Source: an uncultured Acidobacteriaceae bacterium | GTDB lineage: Bacteria > Acidobacteriota > Terriglobia > Terriglobales > Acidobacteriaceae | DNA length: 64,000 nucleotides | NCBI GenBank assembly: GCA_963805245.1 | Contig: CAWDTG010000006.1 | Location: forward strand, 560,799 to 624,798 | Direction: 5' to 3' | Shown: piece after piece, positions 1-10,433 of the stretch | Layout of the letters: every line of letters starts with the position of its first letter | Position numbering within the stretch: the first letter of the stretch is position 1 | The notes under the pieces: model-generated | Seen by the model: the letters and a program-made list of their open reading frames with translations, nothing else | The model's database searches: none | What the model was told of the DNA's origin: nothing | Position numbers and translations under genes: made by a program

Positions 1-1
1 A

Positions 2-325
2 ATGCAGATTGCGAACGCACCTCCGTCGGGCGCGACCACAAGCGCGCCGGTGTCAAGCGCGCACTTCCTTTCGAGCACCGAGGGCGAACTGACTCTCGCT
101 GTCATCGCGCTTGGCGTGCTCATAATTATTGCCCAGTCGATTGTCCTAAGAAGTAAGAGCGCGTCTGCCGACGACGCGATGCGTGCCTACAGCATTACGC
201 TGATTATTATCGGAACGATGGTTCTGATTTGTGCGGGCTACAGTAATGATCAGATCGCCCCGGCGATGGGCTTGTTCGGTACAGTAGCGGGATACTTGCT
301 AGGACGAAGAGGGGGGCAGCAATGA
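2..325 (+). CDS. hypothetical small membrane protein
   Basis: 107-aa ORF with two hydrophobic helices (LTLAVIALGVLIIIAQ, ITLIIIGTMVLICAGY). Its stop overlaps the next start (ATGA at 322-325). May extend left of the window. Confidence 0.4.
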   Translation: MQIANAPPSGATTSAPVSSAHFLSSTEGELTLAVIALGVLIIIAQSIVLRSKSASADDAMRAYSITLIIIGTMVLICAGYSNDQIAPAMGLFGTVAGYLLGRRGGQQ

Positions 326-672
326 GGCGGGTCTTGCCGGCTGTAGCTATTCTTGTTTCCGTGCTGTTGACGGCAATCGGTTCGAGGGGCCAGATGGCGC
401 CGAAGCAGAATTGCAATGGCGACGCGGTTTCGATTGTCCTGAACGATTCTTCAGAGACCATGACGATCGAATACCGAAGCAACAACGAATGGCTGCAGTT
501 AAAGCTGGATGCGGGCAAAGACGGCACTGTAGCTGGTGACCGTGTTCGGGTCGCCACCATGCGCCAAGACAAAGCAATGATCACGGTGGACATTCCGGTT
601 GAAGCGGGGAAAAAATACCGCCTGGCTTGGAACTCGGGCGCAGCCATGTGGGACCTACGCGCAACCCAATAG
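322..672 (+). CDS. hypothetical exported protein
   Basis: 116-aa ORF with an N-terminal signal-like segment (MRRVLPAVAILVSVLLTAIG). Translationally coupled to the upstream ORF. Confidence 0.45.
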   Translation: MRRVLPAVAILVSVLLTAIGSRGQMAPKQNCNGDAVSIVLNDSSETMTIEYRSNNEWLQLKLDAGKDGTVAGDRVRVATMRQDKAMITVDIPVEAGKKYRLAWNSGAAMWDLRATQ

Positions 673-851
673 CTCAATCTACGCCGCGAAGGCTTCCATA
701 AAATTCTTCAAGAACTTTCGCGTACCCTCGTTCGCGATATTTCCTTCTTTGTCGAAGAGGGTTGCAGCGCCTCCGATACAGGCCTCCAGCTGCTGGATGG
801 TGGGTACATAATGACAATTTCAAAGGAAATTTCGAATTCCAACGACTGTGG

Positions 852-1868
852 CTATTTCTCCGCGACCTGATTGACACTATTGCCGCCCGTCTTCTGTTGC
901 TCGTGATGGGGCAGCTTGGGGTGATGCTTGCCGAGAAAAACTTTAATGTCGGGCCAGAATTCCGTCAGGATATTCCACTCGGCGATTCCGCCAAGGTTCG
1001 CGAGCGCGTTCTCGATGGTGCCCGGGACGGTTTCATTGCGGTACGGAATGTAAGCATTGGAAAGGGCAGACTGCACAAACGTACTGAGAATGAGGGAGCT
1101 GTTGAATACATTTCGCCCCGAATCACTGCGGCCGATAATCACGCGGCTGGCGGCGTAGGCCAGGCGTTGGGAGATGTCGTACTGGCGCGACGGGAAATAT
1201 CGCGGGTCCTGGTGCAACAGCGTCGGAAAAAGAAAGCCCGAGAAGAACGCTCCCGCCTCGGCGCCAGCAACCGATGCGCCCAAGCGCTTGCCATAGCCTT
1301 CCATGCCGCCGCCAAAACGCGGGTACGCGCCGGTGGCCTGCGAATAGAGAGAGTCAGACAGGACGTCGAAGGCGAAGCCGCCGGAGTGGCTGTAGCGCAA
1401 AAACCGGTCGAACTTTTGCTGCGTGGTCAGTGGCACATACGACGGCGCGTCGGGCAGCGGTTGTCCAGGGACAAAGTTACGCCCCATTTTCACCAGATTT
1501 TCATGGGTGAACGCCGACTTGATCGCCGCCGCGCTGAAATCGAGGTGATCGAAGGCATTATTGTCAACCGTAGGTTTAACTTTAGCTACAAGAAACTCTG
1601 TACATGCGATCTGCGGCGGCAGCGGCTGAGTAGCTTCTTCCAGAGTGCTTGCGTGCGGAAATCCGTGAGCTACCTGGAAGCGGTCCAGTCCGGGCACCGG
1701 AGCTGAGACATTCACGACTGCGGCAACCTTACTAGAGCGTGAGTCCCCATGCGGAGCCGGGTGTGATTCCATGTCTGGAGTCCGCGACGCCAGCCTGGGT
1801 AAATGCTGCCCGTATAGCGAACAGCACAGTCCCAACCATACGCAGCAGATCACCCCACCGGCTCTCAT
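852..1868 (-). CDS. hypothetical exported protein
   Basis: 338-aa ORF with a signal-like N-terminus (VICCVWLGLCCSLYG). Preferred over the overlapping + strand ORF 762-1706, which is Arg-rich and low-complexity. No family recognised. Confidence 0.5.
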   Translation of the reverse strand: MRAGGVICCVWLGLCCSLYGQHLPRLASRTPDMESHPAPHGDSRSSKVAAVVNVSAPVPGLDRFQVAHGFPHASTLEEATQPLPPQIACTEFLVAKVKPTVDNNAFDHLDFSAAAIKSAFTHENLVKMGRNFVPGQPLPDAPSYVPLTTQQKFDRFLRYSHSGGFAFDVLSDSLYSQATGAYPRFGGGMEGYGKRLGASVAGAEAGAFFSGFLFPTLLHQDPRYFPSRQYDISQRLAYAASRVIIGRSDSGRNVFNSSLILSTFVQSALSNAYIPYRNETVPGTIENALANLGGIAEWNILTEFWPDIKVFLGKHHPKLPHHEQQKTGGNSVNQVAEK

Positions 1869-2097
1869 ACTCGGCCCACCCCCGGCTTACAACTACTTGC
1901 TAGGTTGGAAGCCATTCTGGTCTAAAAGGGTGGTTCTTTCAAGGCATAAATAGCGGCTCGGAGAGAGCCGCGCGAAAAACTCAGAGCATCCCTCGGGCAA
2001 CCCGCCATCGCCGCTCGCGATGACATTCCAAGCGATTCGTTCGGGCAAACACATTCGCCCCAGATGACACCAAGGCGTGCTACGGTATTATGTGAGC

Positions 2098-2571
2098 ATG
2101 TCCTCGCGACCCAAATTTACGCCTGCAATCCTGGCAATGCTCCTGTTCGCCGCCTTGATCGGGTGCAAGCCCAAGCCCAAGATTACGCCCGAGACGGTCA
2201 TGGTCTTCCGTAACCTCGGCTCACCGTACGCCAGTGAAATGGACCGGCGGATTGTGGAGTTTCAAGTCACCAATCCGCGCACCACCTCCGGTAGGCCGAT
2301 CGTCATACGCACGGTCGAGATCCGCGACTATCCCGATCTCCTGCAGAACCATCTGGGCAAGGACGTGAATGCCGACGTGATCATTCTGGATGCGCCGACG
2401 GATGCCGATCTGAATCCCACCGTGAAAGCCGATATGGCGCACGCGGTGAACATCTGTTCCGCCGTGAAGGCATGTCCCGCGGAAGTTCCGGCGCTGATTG
2501 CCTCCTCCGACTCCGGAGATCGTAAGGAAGCGGCCGAGCAGTTTGTGGATGCGCTGCAGAAAAAACAGTAG
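2098..2571 (+). CDS. putative lipoprotein
   Basis: ORF 2077-2571 with an in-frame ATG at 2098. Signal peptide plus lipobox (LLFAALIGC). Confidence 0.55.
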   Translation: MSSRPKFTPAILAMLLFAALIGCKPKPKITPETVMVFRNLGSPYASEMDRRIVEFQVTNPRTTSGRPIVIRTVEIRDYPDLLQNHLGKDVNADVIILDAPTDADLNPTVKADMAHAVNICSAVKACPAEVPALIASSDSGDRKEAAEQFVDALQKKQ

Positions 2572-2628
2572 TGGCGCGCAATTTACACTAGGGCAGTTCC
2601 GGATTACTGTATCCGTCGGTACGGGCAG

Positions 2629-2861
2629 TGCGGCGCTTCAGAGGCTGTTACGAAACCCACTACTGATCTGCTACGGTGGGACAAAACATCCGCCAGCCGC
2701 CGCGCGGCGGCAGAGCTTAGCCCAGCGGTTGCCGGGGTCCCCGAGCCACGCCGCTTCTGCGTGGATTGGGGTGGTTGAGCGCTGGGTGACAGCAAATGGG
2801 AAATCCTGAGTCCGCTTTAGCGGACGGCAGGAGTTTCGTAACGGCCTCTTCAGCGCCGCGT
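2629..2861. repeat. composite palindromic repeat element (family E core flanked by ~29-bp inverted arms)
   Basis: Arms gtgcggcgcttcagaggctgttacgaaac (2629-2657) and gtttcgtaacggcctcttcagcgccgcgt (2833-2861) are near-perfect inverted repeats. The core agcttagcccagcg...gcgctgggt recurs at about 21895-21970 and in a short form at about 20207-20237. Confidence 0.65.
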
Positions 2862-2881
2862 TCCCGGCGACCAAGCACCCC

Positions 2882-2932
2882 GCTTAAGCCGCTGAGGACT
2901 TCGACCTCAGCGGCTTAAGCAATTTTCTTCTT
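2882..2932 (+). terminator. perfect 16-bp stem hairpin followed by a T-rich tail (also a repeat-family member)
   Basis: gcttaagccgctgagg / loop acttcga / cctcagcggcttaagc, then aattttcttctt. A related hairpin lies at 30763-30801. Confidence 0.4.
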
Positions 2933-3033
2933 GCCCTGTCCGCAGGCCTGAACGCCCGCACTACCCGTGCAAACCGGACATATCTATTGTCTATTGCGGA
3001 AACGATCCAGCGGAGCAGTTCACGTCTTGAAAA

Positions 3034-3231
3034 CTACTTCCGCGGCTCAAAGAATTTGAGCGACTCGGGGCACGTATGGGCGAGTTCAGCCGCTAACAGC
3101 AACCTCGGGTCAGGACTTGCGCCCACGAAGAGCCCGCAATTCGGGCAGTACGATTCCACCACGCGCGACCTTCTCAGGTTCGGGACGTGTTCGAAATCAC
3201 CACCACGTTGCGACGGTTTCCTCTCGTCCAT
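3034..3231 (-). CDS. possible small zinc-ribbon-like protein
   Basis: 65-aa ORF with CPNCG and HTCP motifs. Weak RBS and no recognised family. Confidence 0.25.
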   Translation of the reverse strand: MDERKPSQRGGDFEHVPNLRRSRVVESYCPNCGLFVGASPDPRLLLAAELAHTCPESLKFFEPRK

Positions 3232-3346
3232 TCGAGCGGCCCCGTTTTAGTTAGATTGCGGGAAGTGTAGGGCCGCTGCCTGCTCTTTTCTGTCTGGAGC
3301 CGGACACTGCTAAGCGAAATCGGATAATTCAGGATACTGCTCAGGA

Positions 3347-4552
3347 TTACACGCGCTCCAGCACTAGCGCAATGCCCTGGCCGACGCCGATGCACATGGT
3401 GCACAGGGCGTAGTGCCCGCCGGTGCGTTGCAGTTGCAATACCGCAGTGGTGACTAACCGCGCTCCGCTGGCGCCCAGAGGATGGCCAATTGAAATTGCT
3501 CCGCCGTTCGGATTGACATGGGGGGCATCATCGGGAATGTCAAGGTCGCGAAGTACAGCGAGCGCCTGAGAGGCGAACGCCTCGTTCAATTCGATTACGT
3601 CCATATCCGCAATGTTGAGTTTGGCCAGAGCAAGCACCTTGCGTGTCGCCGGACCAGGTCCCATGCCCATGATGCGCGGTGCGACGCCCGCCGACGCCGA
3701 GGCGACCACGCGCGCTTTTGGTGTAAGACCGTAGCGGGTCACGGCCTGTTCCGACGCCAGCAGCAGCGCGCAGGCGCCATCGTTGACGCCCGAGGCGTTG
3801 CCGGCGGTGACGGTGCCATCTGGTTTCACGATTGGCTTCAGCGCCGCCAGCGCTTCGAGCGTTGTATCGGGACGAGGATGCTCGTCCTGGCTTACGACGA
3901 CGGGCACACCTTTGCGGCCAGAAATTGTGACCGGAACAATCTCTTCCGCGAGAGCTCCGCTCTTAATGGCAGCCGCTGTACGCTGCTGGCTGCGATAGGC
4001 AAAGGCGTCCTGGTCCTGTCGCGAGATATGGAATTCTTCCGCCACGTTCTCGGCAGTTTGCGGCATGGAGTCCACGCCATACTGGGCTTTCATCAGCGGA
4101 TTCACGAAGCGCCAGCCGATGGTGGTGTCTTCCAACTTCACGCCGCGGGAGAAAGCAACATCGGACTTTGCCATGACGAACGGCGCCCGCGACATGCTCT
4201 CCACGCCGCCAGCGATCACCAGGGAATTCTCTCCGGTCTTGATCGCCCTGGCGGCAACAGAAATGGCGTCCATGCTGGAGCCGCAGAGACGATTCACGGT
4301 TGAGCCAGGCACGGTTTGCAGAAGGCCAGCGAGCAACAGCGCCATGCGCGCGATGTTACGGTTATCCTCTCCGGCCTGATTCGTACAGCCCAGAATTACA
4401 TCGTCAACCGCGCTCCAATCCACGGAAGAGTTGCGCTCAACCAGGGCTTTGATCGGAATCACTGCTAGATCATCCGTACGGACAGAGGATAGCGATCCGC
4501 CATAGCGGCCGAAAGGCGTTCGGATGGCGTCGCAGATGAAGGCATTCGACAT
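3347..4552 (-). CDS. acetyl-CoA C-acyltransferase / 3-ketoacyl-CoA thiolase (PcaF/PaaJ-like)
   Basis: 401 aa with thiolase hallmarks: N-terminal ICDAIRTPFGRYGG, active-site region NRLCGSSMDA, C-terminal NPNGGAISIGHPLGASG and CIGVGQG. Confidence 0.92.
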   Translation of the reverse strand: MSNAFICDAIRTPFGRYGGSLSSVRTDDLAVIPIKALVERNSSVDWSAVDDVILGCTNQAGEDNRNIARMALLLAGLLQTVPGSTVNRLCGSSMDAISVAARAIKTGENSLVIAGGVESMSRAPFVMAKSDVAFSRGVKLEDTTIGWRFVNPLMKAQYGVDSMPQTAENVAEEFHISRQDQDAFAYRSQQRTAAAIKSGALAEEIVPVTISGRKGVPVVVSQDEHPRPDTTLEALAALKPIVKPDGTVTAGNASGVNDGACALLLASEQAVTRYGLTPKARVVASASAGVAPRIMGMGPGPATRKVLALAKLNIADMDVIELNEAFASQALAVLRDLDIPDDAPHVNPNGGAISIGHPLGASGARLVTTAVLQLQRTGGHYALCTMCIGVGQGIALVLERV

Positions 4553-4702
4553 TCGGCAAGCACCAGTGTCTCCAACATAATAACTTGAACGATCTGGGTC
4601 GCGAGACTTGCCAAGAAGGGAAGAGAAGTAGAGTGCGACAAATGCTTCAACGATAAGCGAAATCGGCGAGCTTATCGGGGCAACAACCCCAACTCCGACA
4701 CT

Positions 4703-5488
4703 CTACTTCAGCGTGTACAAGGCGTTCACATGAGCGGTAACTGTGATCTTCTGCGCTCCAAACTCTGCCGTGGGAGCGGGAGGAGCACCCATCGTTACTG
4801 CAGTTGCCTCTTTAGCGAAAACCATGGGGCGAATCGGGGTGGGCTCGTATGCGTCTACGGACGCATAAGACAGCTCGCCCAGGGTACGGCCGCCGAAGCG
4901 CGCGACCGCATTAGCCATGGCACGGGCACGCGGCAACGCATCTTCCACAGCTTTAACTTTGGCGGCCTCCATATCGTCGAGAAGATAGCTGAGAGATTGA
5001 TCCCCGGTCACGTCCGTCATGTTGGCGAGGCCCTCGGTAATCGGCCCCACTTTGGAGAAGTCCTTCAGCTTGATGCTGATGTTGGTGTCTACGCGATAGC
5101 CAACCAGCTTGCGCTTCGGGGTCTTGTAGTCATACACCGGCTGCACGGAGAACTGGCCGACCTGCGCGTCCTTGGGGTCGAGGCCGTTGGAGCGTAGCAG
5201 TTGCCGCACCTGCTCCGCCGCCCGACTGGCTTTCTGGTTCGCATCCTGCAGTTTGTCTTCCTGTGCCGAAATACTAAATTGCACCAGCACAGTGTCAGGC
5301 TCGGATTCGAACTTGCCGTCAGCTCCGACCCATACTGTATTGGGGATGGGAGTTATGGAGCGATCCTGCGCCATCAGCGGCGTCAGCCCGTAGAGTGAGC
5401 CGAGAAAAAACATGACTGCGAACGCGATGGACTGGCAATTTCTGAGTCCTATGTGGGTATCTGCCACGCACCTCTCCAGCGCCGACAC
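4703..5488 (-). CDS. SIMPL-domain (DUF541) periplasmic protein
   Basis: 261-aa ORF. The pattern VxxxGxxxxxPDxxxxxxxV ... and a C-terminal VTVTAHVNALYTLK resemble the 26-kDa periplasmic immunogenic protein family. Start codon uncertain (GTG 5488 or internal). Confidence 0.75.
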   Translation of the reverse strand: MSALERCVADTHIGLRNCQSIAFAVMFFLGSLYGLTPLMAQDRSITPIPNTVWVGADGKFESEPDTVLVQFSISAQEDKLQDANQKASRAAEQVRQLLRSNGLDPKDAQVGQFSVQPVYDYKTPKRKLVGYRVDTNISIKLKDFSKVGPITEGLANMTDVTGDQSLSYLLDDMEAAKVKAVEDALPRARAMANAVARFGGRTLGELSYASVDAYEPTPIRPMVFAKEATAVTMGAPPAPTAEFGAQKITVTAHVNALYTLK

Positions 5489-5776
5489 ATCGGCCGAAAG
5501 CCGCGGAGACGTGGCTCCTTTCCTTTGAAATCATAGTCCGGTGGAATAGCTTTGACCAAAGACGAAGCCACCGGACCTTTCCTTGGAAAGAACGTGGGAA
5601 ATTGCCAGCCTTGCACGAATTCCCGGTTAGGGAAGTGGTTGGGTGTTCTCGATTCCCAGAATCAAACTCGCCATGCACTTTCACGCCGAATGTGTCATCC
5701 AAATATTGAAAACGCGAATCTAAAAAGGTAAGTTGCTGATAGTTGTTAACGCCAAGGTCGGAGTAAGGAGCGGCCA

Positions 5777-6007
5777 ATGCGCAGATGGTATGTGCCACTT
5801 ACGGTTCTGGGAATTGGTAGTATTGGGGCTCTTTTGTTGAGCGAGTGGGGAAGAAGCACCTTGCGTGCTATATTCGACGATTTCCACGCGACGCCAGACC
5901 GCTGGCTGGAATGGAATGAGAGCGCGCAAAGGGAACTTGATCGCCTCCAGGCTGCGTTGAATCGCATCGCGGAGTCATTGGAGCCAAGCACCCAGTTCGG
6001 ACACTAA
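5777..6007 (+). CDS. hypothetical membrane-anchored small protein
   Basis: 76-aa ORF preceded by RBS taaggag. One TM segment (VPLTVLGIGSIGALLL) followed by a helical tail. Confidence 0.4.
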   Translation: MRRWYVPLTVLGIGSIGALLLSEWGRSTLRAIFDDFHATPDRWLEWNESAQRELDRLQAALNRIAESLEPSTQFGH

Positions 6008-6026
6008 GTGCTGACTGGGTAGGCGC

Positions 6027-6326
6027 TTAGGAGGACGACGGAGAGGGCGCCAGTTCATTGATTCTTCCCGCCATCCGGACATCGCGCTGCGTAACTCCAC
6101 CGGAGTCATGCGAGACCAATACCATCGTTACCCGGTTGTAACTAATGTGAATGTCAGGATGATGATTCAGGGCTTCGGCGGCTTCCGCGATTTGATTTAC
6201 GAAATCCATAGCTTGCAGAAAGTTTGTGAACTGGAAATTGCGCTCAATCGCGTTTCCGTTTTTCTTCCAGCCGGGAAGCTTCTGTAGCGCTTGCTGAACG
6301 TCAGCGTCCGACAGAACCTCACTCAT
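6027..6326 (-). CDS. 4a-hydroxytetrahydrobiopterin (pterin-4a-carbinolamine) dehydratase
   Basis: 99 aa with the conserved pattern LxGWxxxxxxIxRxFxFxNFxxAxxFxNxIAxxAExxNHHPD. Confidence 0.85.
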   Translation of the reverse strand: MSEVLSDADVQQALQKLPGWKKNGNAIERNFQFTNFLQAMDFVNQIAEAAEALNHHPDIHISYNRVTMVLVSHDSGGVTQRDVRMAGRINELAPSPSSS

Positions 6327-6394
6327 TCGTTGACTCCTTTAGGAAACCAGTTCTAGTACTTCATCGGCTCCCAGCGACAGAGATTGTTACCACC

Positions 6395-7459
6395 TTACTT
6401 CGCGGTTGGAACTCCGATTTCAGTGCGCAATTCATGCCATATGTGCTCTGAGATGGAGAGGAAGACTTGCACAATCTCAGGATCGAATTGCCGTCCCGCA
6501 TTACGCTCAATTTCCCGACGTCCTGCTGGAATAGACTGCGCGGCGCGATACGGACGATCCGACGTAATGGCGTCAAAGGTATCAGCAATCGCGAAAATGC
6601 GAGCTCCCAGGGGAATCTGATCGCCCCTTAGCCCGCGTGGATACCCGCTGCCGTCGAAACATTCCTGGTGTGAGTAAACGATCTCGGCGGCCTCGCGAAG
6701 GAAGGGAATTCTGCGCAACATCCGGTAACCAAGCAAGGCATGCCGGCGCATGATTTCTTGTTCTTCTGGGCTTAGCCTGCCAGGTTTACGCAGGATCGCG
6801 TCGGGAATCGCCATTTTGCCGATATCATGGAGAAACGCCCCCCGGGCGATGATGCGAATGTCGTCGTGGGGCAACTCCATGGCTCTGGCAATGGCGATGG
6901 TAAAGGCGGTCACGCGTTTCGAGTGGCCCTCGGTTTCCGCATCTTTCAAGTCGAGCGCATCTCCCAGTGCCTCCAGGGTAATGTCGTAGGAGCGCTCTAG
7001 GTCGGCAAGAGCGCGACGAAGCAAATCGGTACGGGCGGCGACCAGTGATTCCAGCTTCGTCTGGTAGGCCAGATTCTCAAGCTTCAGGCGACGATTTTCC
7101 ACAGCCCGGCGAACGATAGCCAGCAGTTGTTCGCGTTCGAAGGGTTTCAGCAGGTAGTCGTACGCACCGTTTCGAATAGCAGCCAAGGCTACCGAAATGT
7201 CGTGGACTGCAGTAACCATGACCACCGGCATGTCAGGATGTTTCTGACGGATCCGCGACAACAACGACAAGCCATCCATTCCTTCCATGATGACGTCAGA
7301 CAACACCAGCGAGTAATTTTCGTCGGAATGTAGCAGGGCGAGCGCTTCCTTCGCGGAGGTGACGGGACGGCAGTCGAAGCCTGCCTGGCTCAAAATGGAG
7401 CACACGACTTCCCGGATTGCGGTCTCGTCGTCAACTACCAGAATGCGTTCATCGGCCAT
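6395..7459 (-). CDS. response regulator with HD-GYP output domain
   Basis: N-terminal receiver (ILVVDDE...LVLSDVIMEGMDG...KPF). C-terminal HD-GYP motifs (GHSKRV, FLHDIGK, SHQECFDGSGYPRG). Confidence 0.9.
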   Translation of the reverse strand: MADERILVVDDETAIREVVCSILSQAGFDCRPVTSAKEALALLHSDENYSLVLSDVIMEGMDGLSLLSRIRQKHPDMPVVMVTAVHDISVALAAIRNGAYDYLLKPFEREQLLAIVRRAVENRRLKLENLAYQTKLESLVAARTDLLRRALADLERSYDITLEALGDALDLKDAETEGHSKRVTAFTIAIARAMELPHDDIRIIARGAFLHDIGKMAIPDAILRKPGRLSPEEQEIMRRHALLGYRMLRRIPFLREAAEIVYSHQECFDGSGYPRGLRGDQIPLGARIFAIADTFDAITSDRPYRAAQSIPAGRREIERNAGRQFDPEIVQVFLSISEHIWHELRTEIGVPTAK

Positions 7460-7894
7460 AATGAAAGCTCAAGGGCAATCGCGCTGACGTCGTTCGCTCG
7501 ATTCTATCCACTTCGGCCCAGACCGCTACAGAAATTCGCACCCGGATCAAAGAGGTTGTTCCTAACCGGGTGGAATTTTGCAAAACTTACACACCCCCAA
7601 CACAAGGGTTGGCATCGCGATACCAACTTACGGCAGAGAGAGACCCAATATTTGCCAGCTTGCGACGCAATTCCGGCCTGAAATCATGAATTACCAGTCG
7701 TAGCTAAGCTTGATTAGATTCAATTATCCCATAATATTATCAATGTCTTATGGATTTTCTACTGCCGACTCCTAGCCGTCGGCAGTTTTGGGCAAGCTGA
7801 TTGCACAGTACTAAGGTGTTGCTGAGCAGATAGCGAATACGTAGACGACTTCGAGCCAATTTCACAACGGTTGAACTCACCCAGGGGGGAAGTC

Positions 7895-8413
7895 ATGAAT
7901 ACGGTGCAGGAAGCGAAAACGTTTGGTTTCTCAACATACATACCTACGATAGTGCGACGCGGCGTAGACAGCTACAACGAAACTTACGAGCAGAATCGCC
8001 ATCGCGTGTATGCCCTGGCATTCTGGATGACGGACAACGAGCTTGACGCAGCCGAGTTGATGACCCAGACGTTCTGTCGCGTATTTGCGAAGGGTGATAC
8101 CCCAACGCCAGAAGAAATTGATGGCTGTCTGATCAGGCAGCTGCGCGAATACATGCCTCTTGGAGTCCTCACCCTGAATTGCGCCCCGTGCGAGAGAGTG
8201 TTGTCGGTGCGCCGTAACACATTACGTGTTGAGCTGGAACGCGCTGTGGTTCAGTTGCCCCCTACAGAAAAGATGATCTTCCTGATGCACGACGTGGAAC
8301 GCTACGATCACTCTCGCATTGCGCGCACCCTTGGACTCAGTGAAGAGGAATCACGCATCGGAATTCATCAGGCTCGGCTGCGCCTGCGCGAGCTGCTGGC
8401 GAAATCAGTTTGA
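7895..8413 (+). CDS. sigma-70 family (ECF-type) RNA polymerase sigma factor
   Basis: ORF from 7871. ATG at 7895 is preceded by ggggga. Region 2-like (HRVYALAFWMTDNELDAAELMTQTF) and region 4 HTH (LPPTEKMIFLMHDVERYDHSRIARTLGLSEEESR). Confidence 0.75.
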   Translation: MNTVQEAKTFGFSTYIPTIVRRGVDSYNETYEQNRHRVYALAFWMTDNELDAAELMTQTFCRVFAKGDTPTPEEIDGCLIRQLREYMPLGVLTLNCAPCERVLSVRRNTLRVELERAVVQLPPTEKMIFLMHDVERYDHSRIARTLGLSEEESRIGIHQARLRLRELLAKSV

Positions 8414-8438
8414 TCCCACAATTCTCCTGAAGGCTCAC

Positions 8439-8467
8439 GCCCCCTTCGAAAGAGGGGGGCATTTTTA
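8439..8467. terminator. hairpin plus T-run between convergent sigma-factor gene and lysS
   Basis: gccccc ttcgaaaga gggggg c followed by attttta. Lies between two convergent stop codons. Confidence 0.5.
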
Positions 8468-8477
8468 TGAGTGCGCT

Positions 8478-10076
8478 CTAGGTCTTCTCGGCCTGTTCCT
8501 CGGCTTTTTCCAGTTCCTCTTCTTCTTCGCGCTTCAGGGGACGAAGCAGCGGGAAGAGAATCACATCCCGGATGGAACGTGAGTCGGTCAGCAGCATGGT
8601 CAGGCGATCGATACCGACGCCTTCGCCCGCAGCCGGCGGTAGCCCGTACGACAAGGCGCGAATGTAGTCTTCATCCATCTGATGGGCTTCTTCGTCGCCG
8701 CGCGCGCGTTCGCTGAGCTGCAACTCAAACCGGCGGCGCTGCTCCTCGGGATCGTTCAGCTCGCTGAAAGCGTTGCCAATCTCAAGTCCACCGATGAAGA
8801 TTTCGAAACGCTCGACCCACTCGGCGTTCTCCTCCGGCTCGCGTTTGTTCTTCGACAGCGGCGAAATTGCCAGAGGGAAGTCGTAGATGAACGTCGGCTG
8901 AATAAGGTGCGGCTCGGCGATAAACTCGAAAATATCGGCAATCGTTTTGCCGTTGGGCGCCGTTAGATCGTAGGGGAGGTGCGGATTCGCCGCATTGTAG
9001 CGGTGCACAATGGCGGCAATTTGCTCGGCGCTGGAGAAATCACTCATCTCCGGCTTATCTCCAGCATTTTCGGGCCAGAATTTGATGATGGCTTCGCGCA
9101 TGGAGAGGCGCTGAAAGTTTCCAAAATCAATCTCGTGTCCGTTGAAGTGCACGATGGTCGTACCGTTCAGATCACGCGCTACCTGGGCCAGCATTTGTGC
9201 GGTGAAGTCCATCATGTCCCGGTAGTCGGCGTAGGCCATGTAGAACTCCAGCATGGTGAACTCGGGATTGTGCTGGGTCGAGATGCCCTCGTTGCGGAAG
9301 TTGCGATTGATCTCGTACACGCGGTCCATGCCGCCGACCACCAGCCGCTTCAAATAAAGCTCAGGCGCGATGCGCAGATACAGGTCGACATCGAGCGCGT
9401 TGTGGTGGGTGATGAATGGCTTGGCCACGGCGCCGCCGGCTATGGGATGCATCATCGGAGTCTCGACTTCGACGAAGCCGTTGGTGTCAAGGAACCGCCG
9501 CATCGACTGCACCACCTTGGCGCGCTTCAGGAAGACCTCGCGCACCTCAGGATTCATGGTTAGATCAACGTAGCGGCGGCGATAGCGCGTCTCCACATCC
9601 TGCAAGCCGTGCCATTTCTCGGGCAGCGGAAGCAGGTCCTTGACCAGGAAGGTGATCTCCTCGACGTGTACCGTCAACTCGTTGGTGCGGGTGCGAAAGA
9701 GATAGCCCTTTACGCCGATGTAGTCGCCGAGGTCGAGCAGCTTGTAAAGCTGAAACGCCTTTTCGCCGACATTGTCGAGGCGGACGTAAATCTGCAAGCG
9801 CCGCCCGCCCTGCTGCAGGTGCGCGAAGCCGGCTTTCCCCTGGACGCGGATGGACATCAGCCGTCCGGCGACGCTGACGTTCACGCGTGGAGACTCGAGT
9901 TCCGGGCCGGTCTTGGACGAGTACGCCTCGAGGATCTGGGGAACGGTGTGAGTGATTTCGTAGCGATAGGGATAGGCAGACTGCCCCAGCGCTTCGATCT
10001 GCTTCAGCTTTTCTTTTCGAAGCTCGTAGATTTTCTGGTCAAGTGCCACAGTGGTCCTGGTAGCCCCGCGCTTCAC
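8478..10076 (-). CDS. lysS: lysine--tRNA ligase (class II)
   Basis: 532 aa with an OB-fold N-domain and class II motifs ([28 protein letters not shown]). Start is GTG at 10076 or GTG at 10049. Confidence 0.95.
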   Translation of the reverse strand: MKRGATRTTVALDQKIYELRKEKLKQIEALGQSAYPYRYEITHTVPQILEAYSSKTGPELESPRVNVSVAGRLMSIRVQGKAGFAHLQQGGRRLQIYVRLDNVGEKAFQLYKLLDLGDYIGVKGYLFRTRTNELTVHVEEITFLVKDLLPLPEKWHGLQDVETRYRRRYVDLTMNPEVREVFLKRAKVVQSMRRFLDTNGFVEVETPMMHPIAGGAVAKPFITHHNALDVDLYLRIAPELYLKRLVVGGMDRVYEINRNFRNEGISTQHNPEFTMLEFYMAYADYRDMMDFTAQMLAQVARDLNGTTIVHFNGHEIDFGNFQRLSMREAIIKFWPENAGDKPEMSDFSSAEQIAAIVHRYNAANPHLPYDLTAPNGKTIADIFEFIAEPHLIQPTFIYDFPLAISPLSKNKREPEENAEWVERFEIFIGGLEIGNAFSELNDPEEQRRRFELQLSERARGDEEAHQMDEDYIRALSYGLPPAAGEGVGIDRLTMLLTDSRSIRDVILFPLLRPLKREEEEELEKAEEQAEKT

Positions 10077-10226
10077 GAGGGGCCTAGAATTGGAGAAGCT
10101 TGATTATAGATGTGTGAGGCCAACGTTCACAGGCAGGTTAGGAGGGAGCGTAGGCGCTTTTCAGGAATTTCATGGCATCTCAACGGAATGATACTGCTTA
10201 GGGTTTGACAGATAGGCTAAACTCAC

Positions 10227-10433
10227 ATGAGTACGAGGAAGAAGCAATCGCAAGTGACAAAGACCACCGTAAAGCCGAAACCCGCCATGGAGTCACTGAT
10301 TTCTGACTTCACCAAATCTGCACTCGTGCGCTCGAAGAAAATGAGCGATGAAGAGTTTGAGCGTACGGTCAAAGAGTCTCACGAAATCATCGATCGCCGT
10401 GTTTCTCCGCCACGGCGGCGCGAAAGCGCTTGA
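10227..10433 (+). CDS. hypothetical small protein
   Basis: 68-aa Lys-rich ORF. Its 3-prime end overlaps the convergent ORF 10387-10638, so at most partly credible. Confidence 0.3.
   Translation: MSTRKKQSQVTKTTVKPKPAMESLISDFTKSALVRSKKMSDEEFERTVKESHEIIDRRVSPPRRRESA

Noticed and set aside
762-1706. 314-aa plus-strand ORF overlapping ORF 852-1868
   Set aside because: Its composition is Arg-rich and low-complexity. The minus-strand ORF has a signal peptide and more protein-like composition. The choice remains uncertain without homology data.
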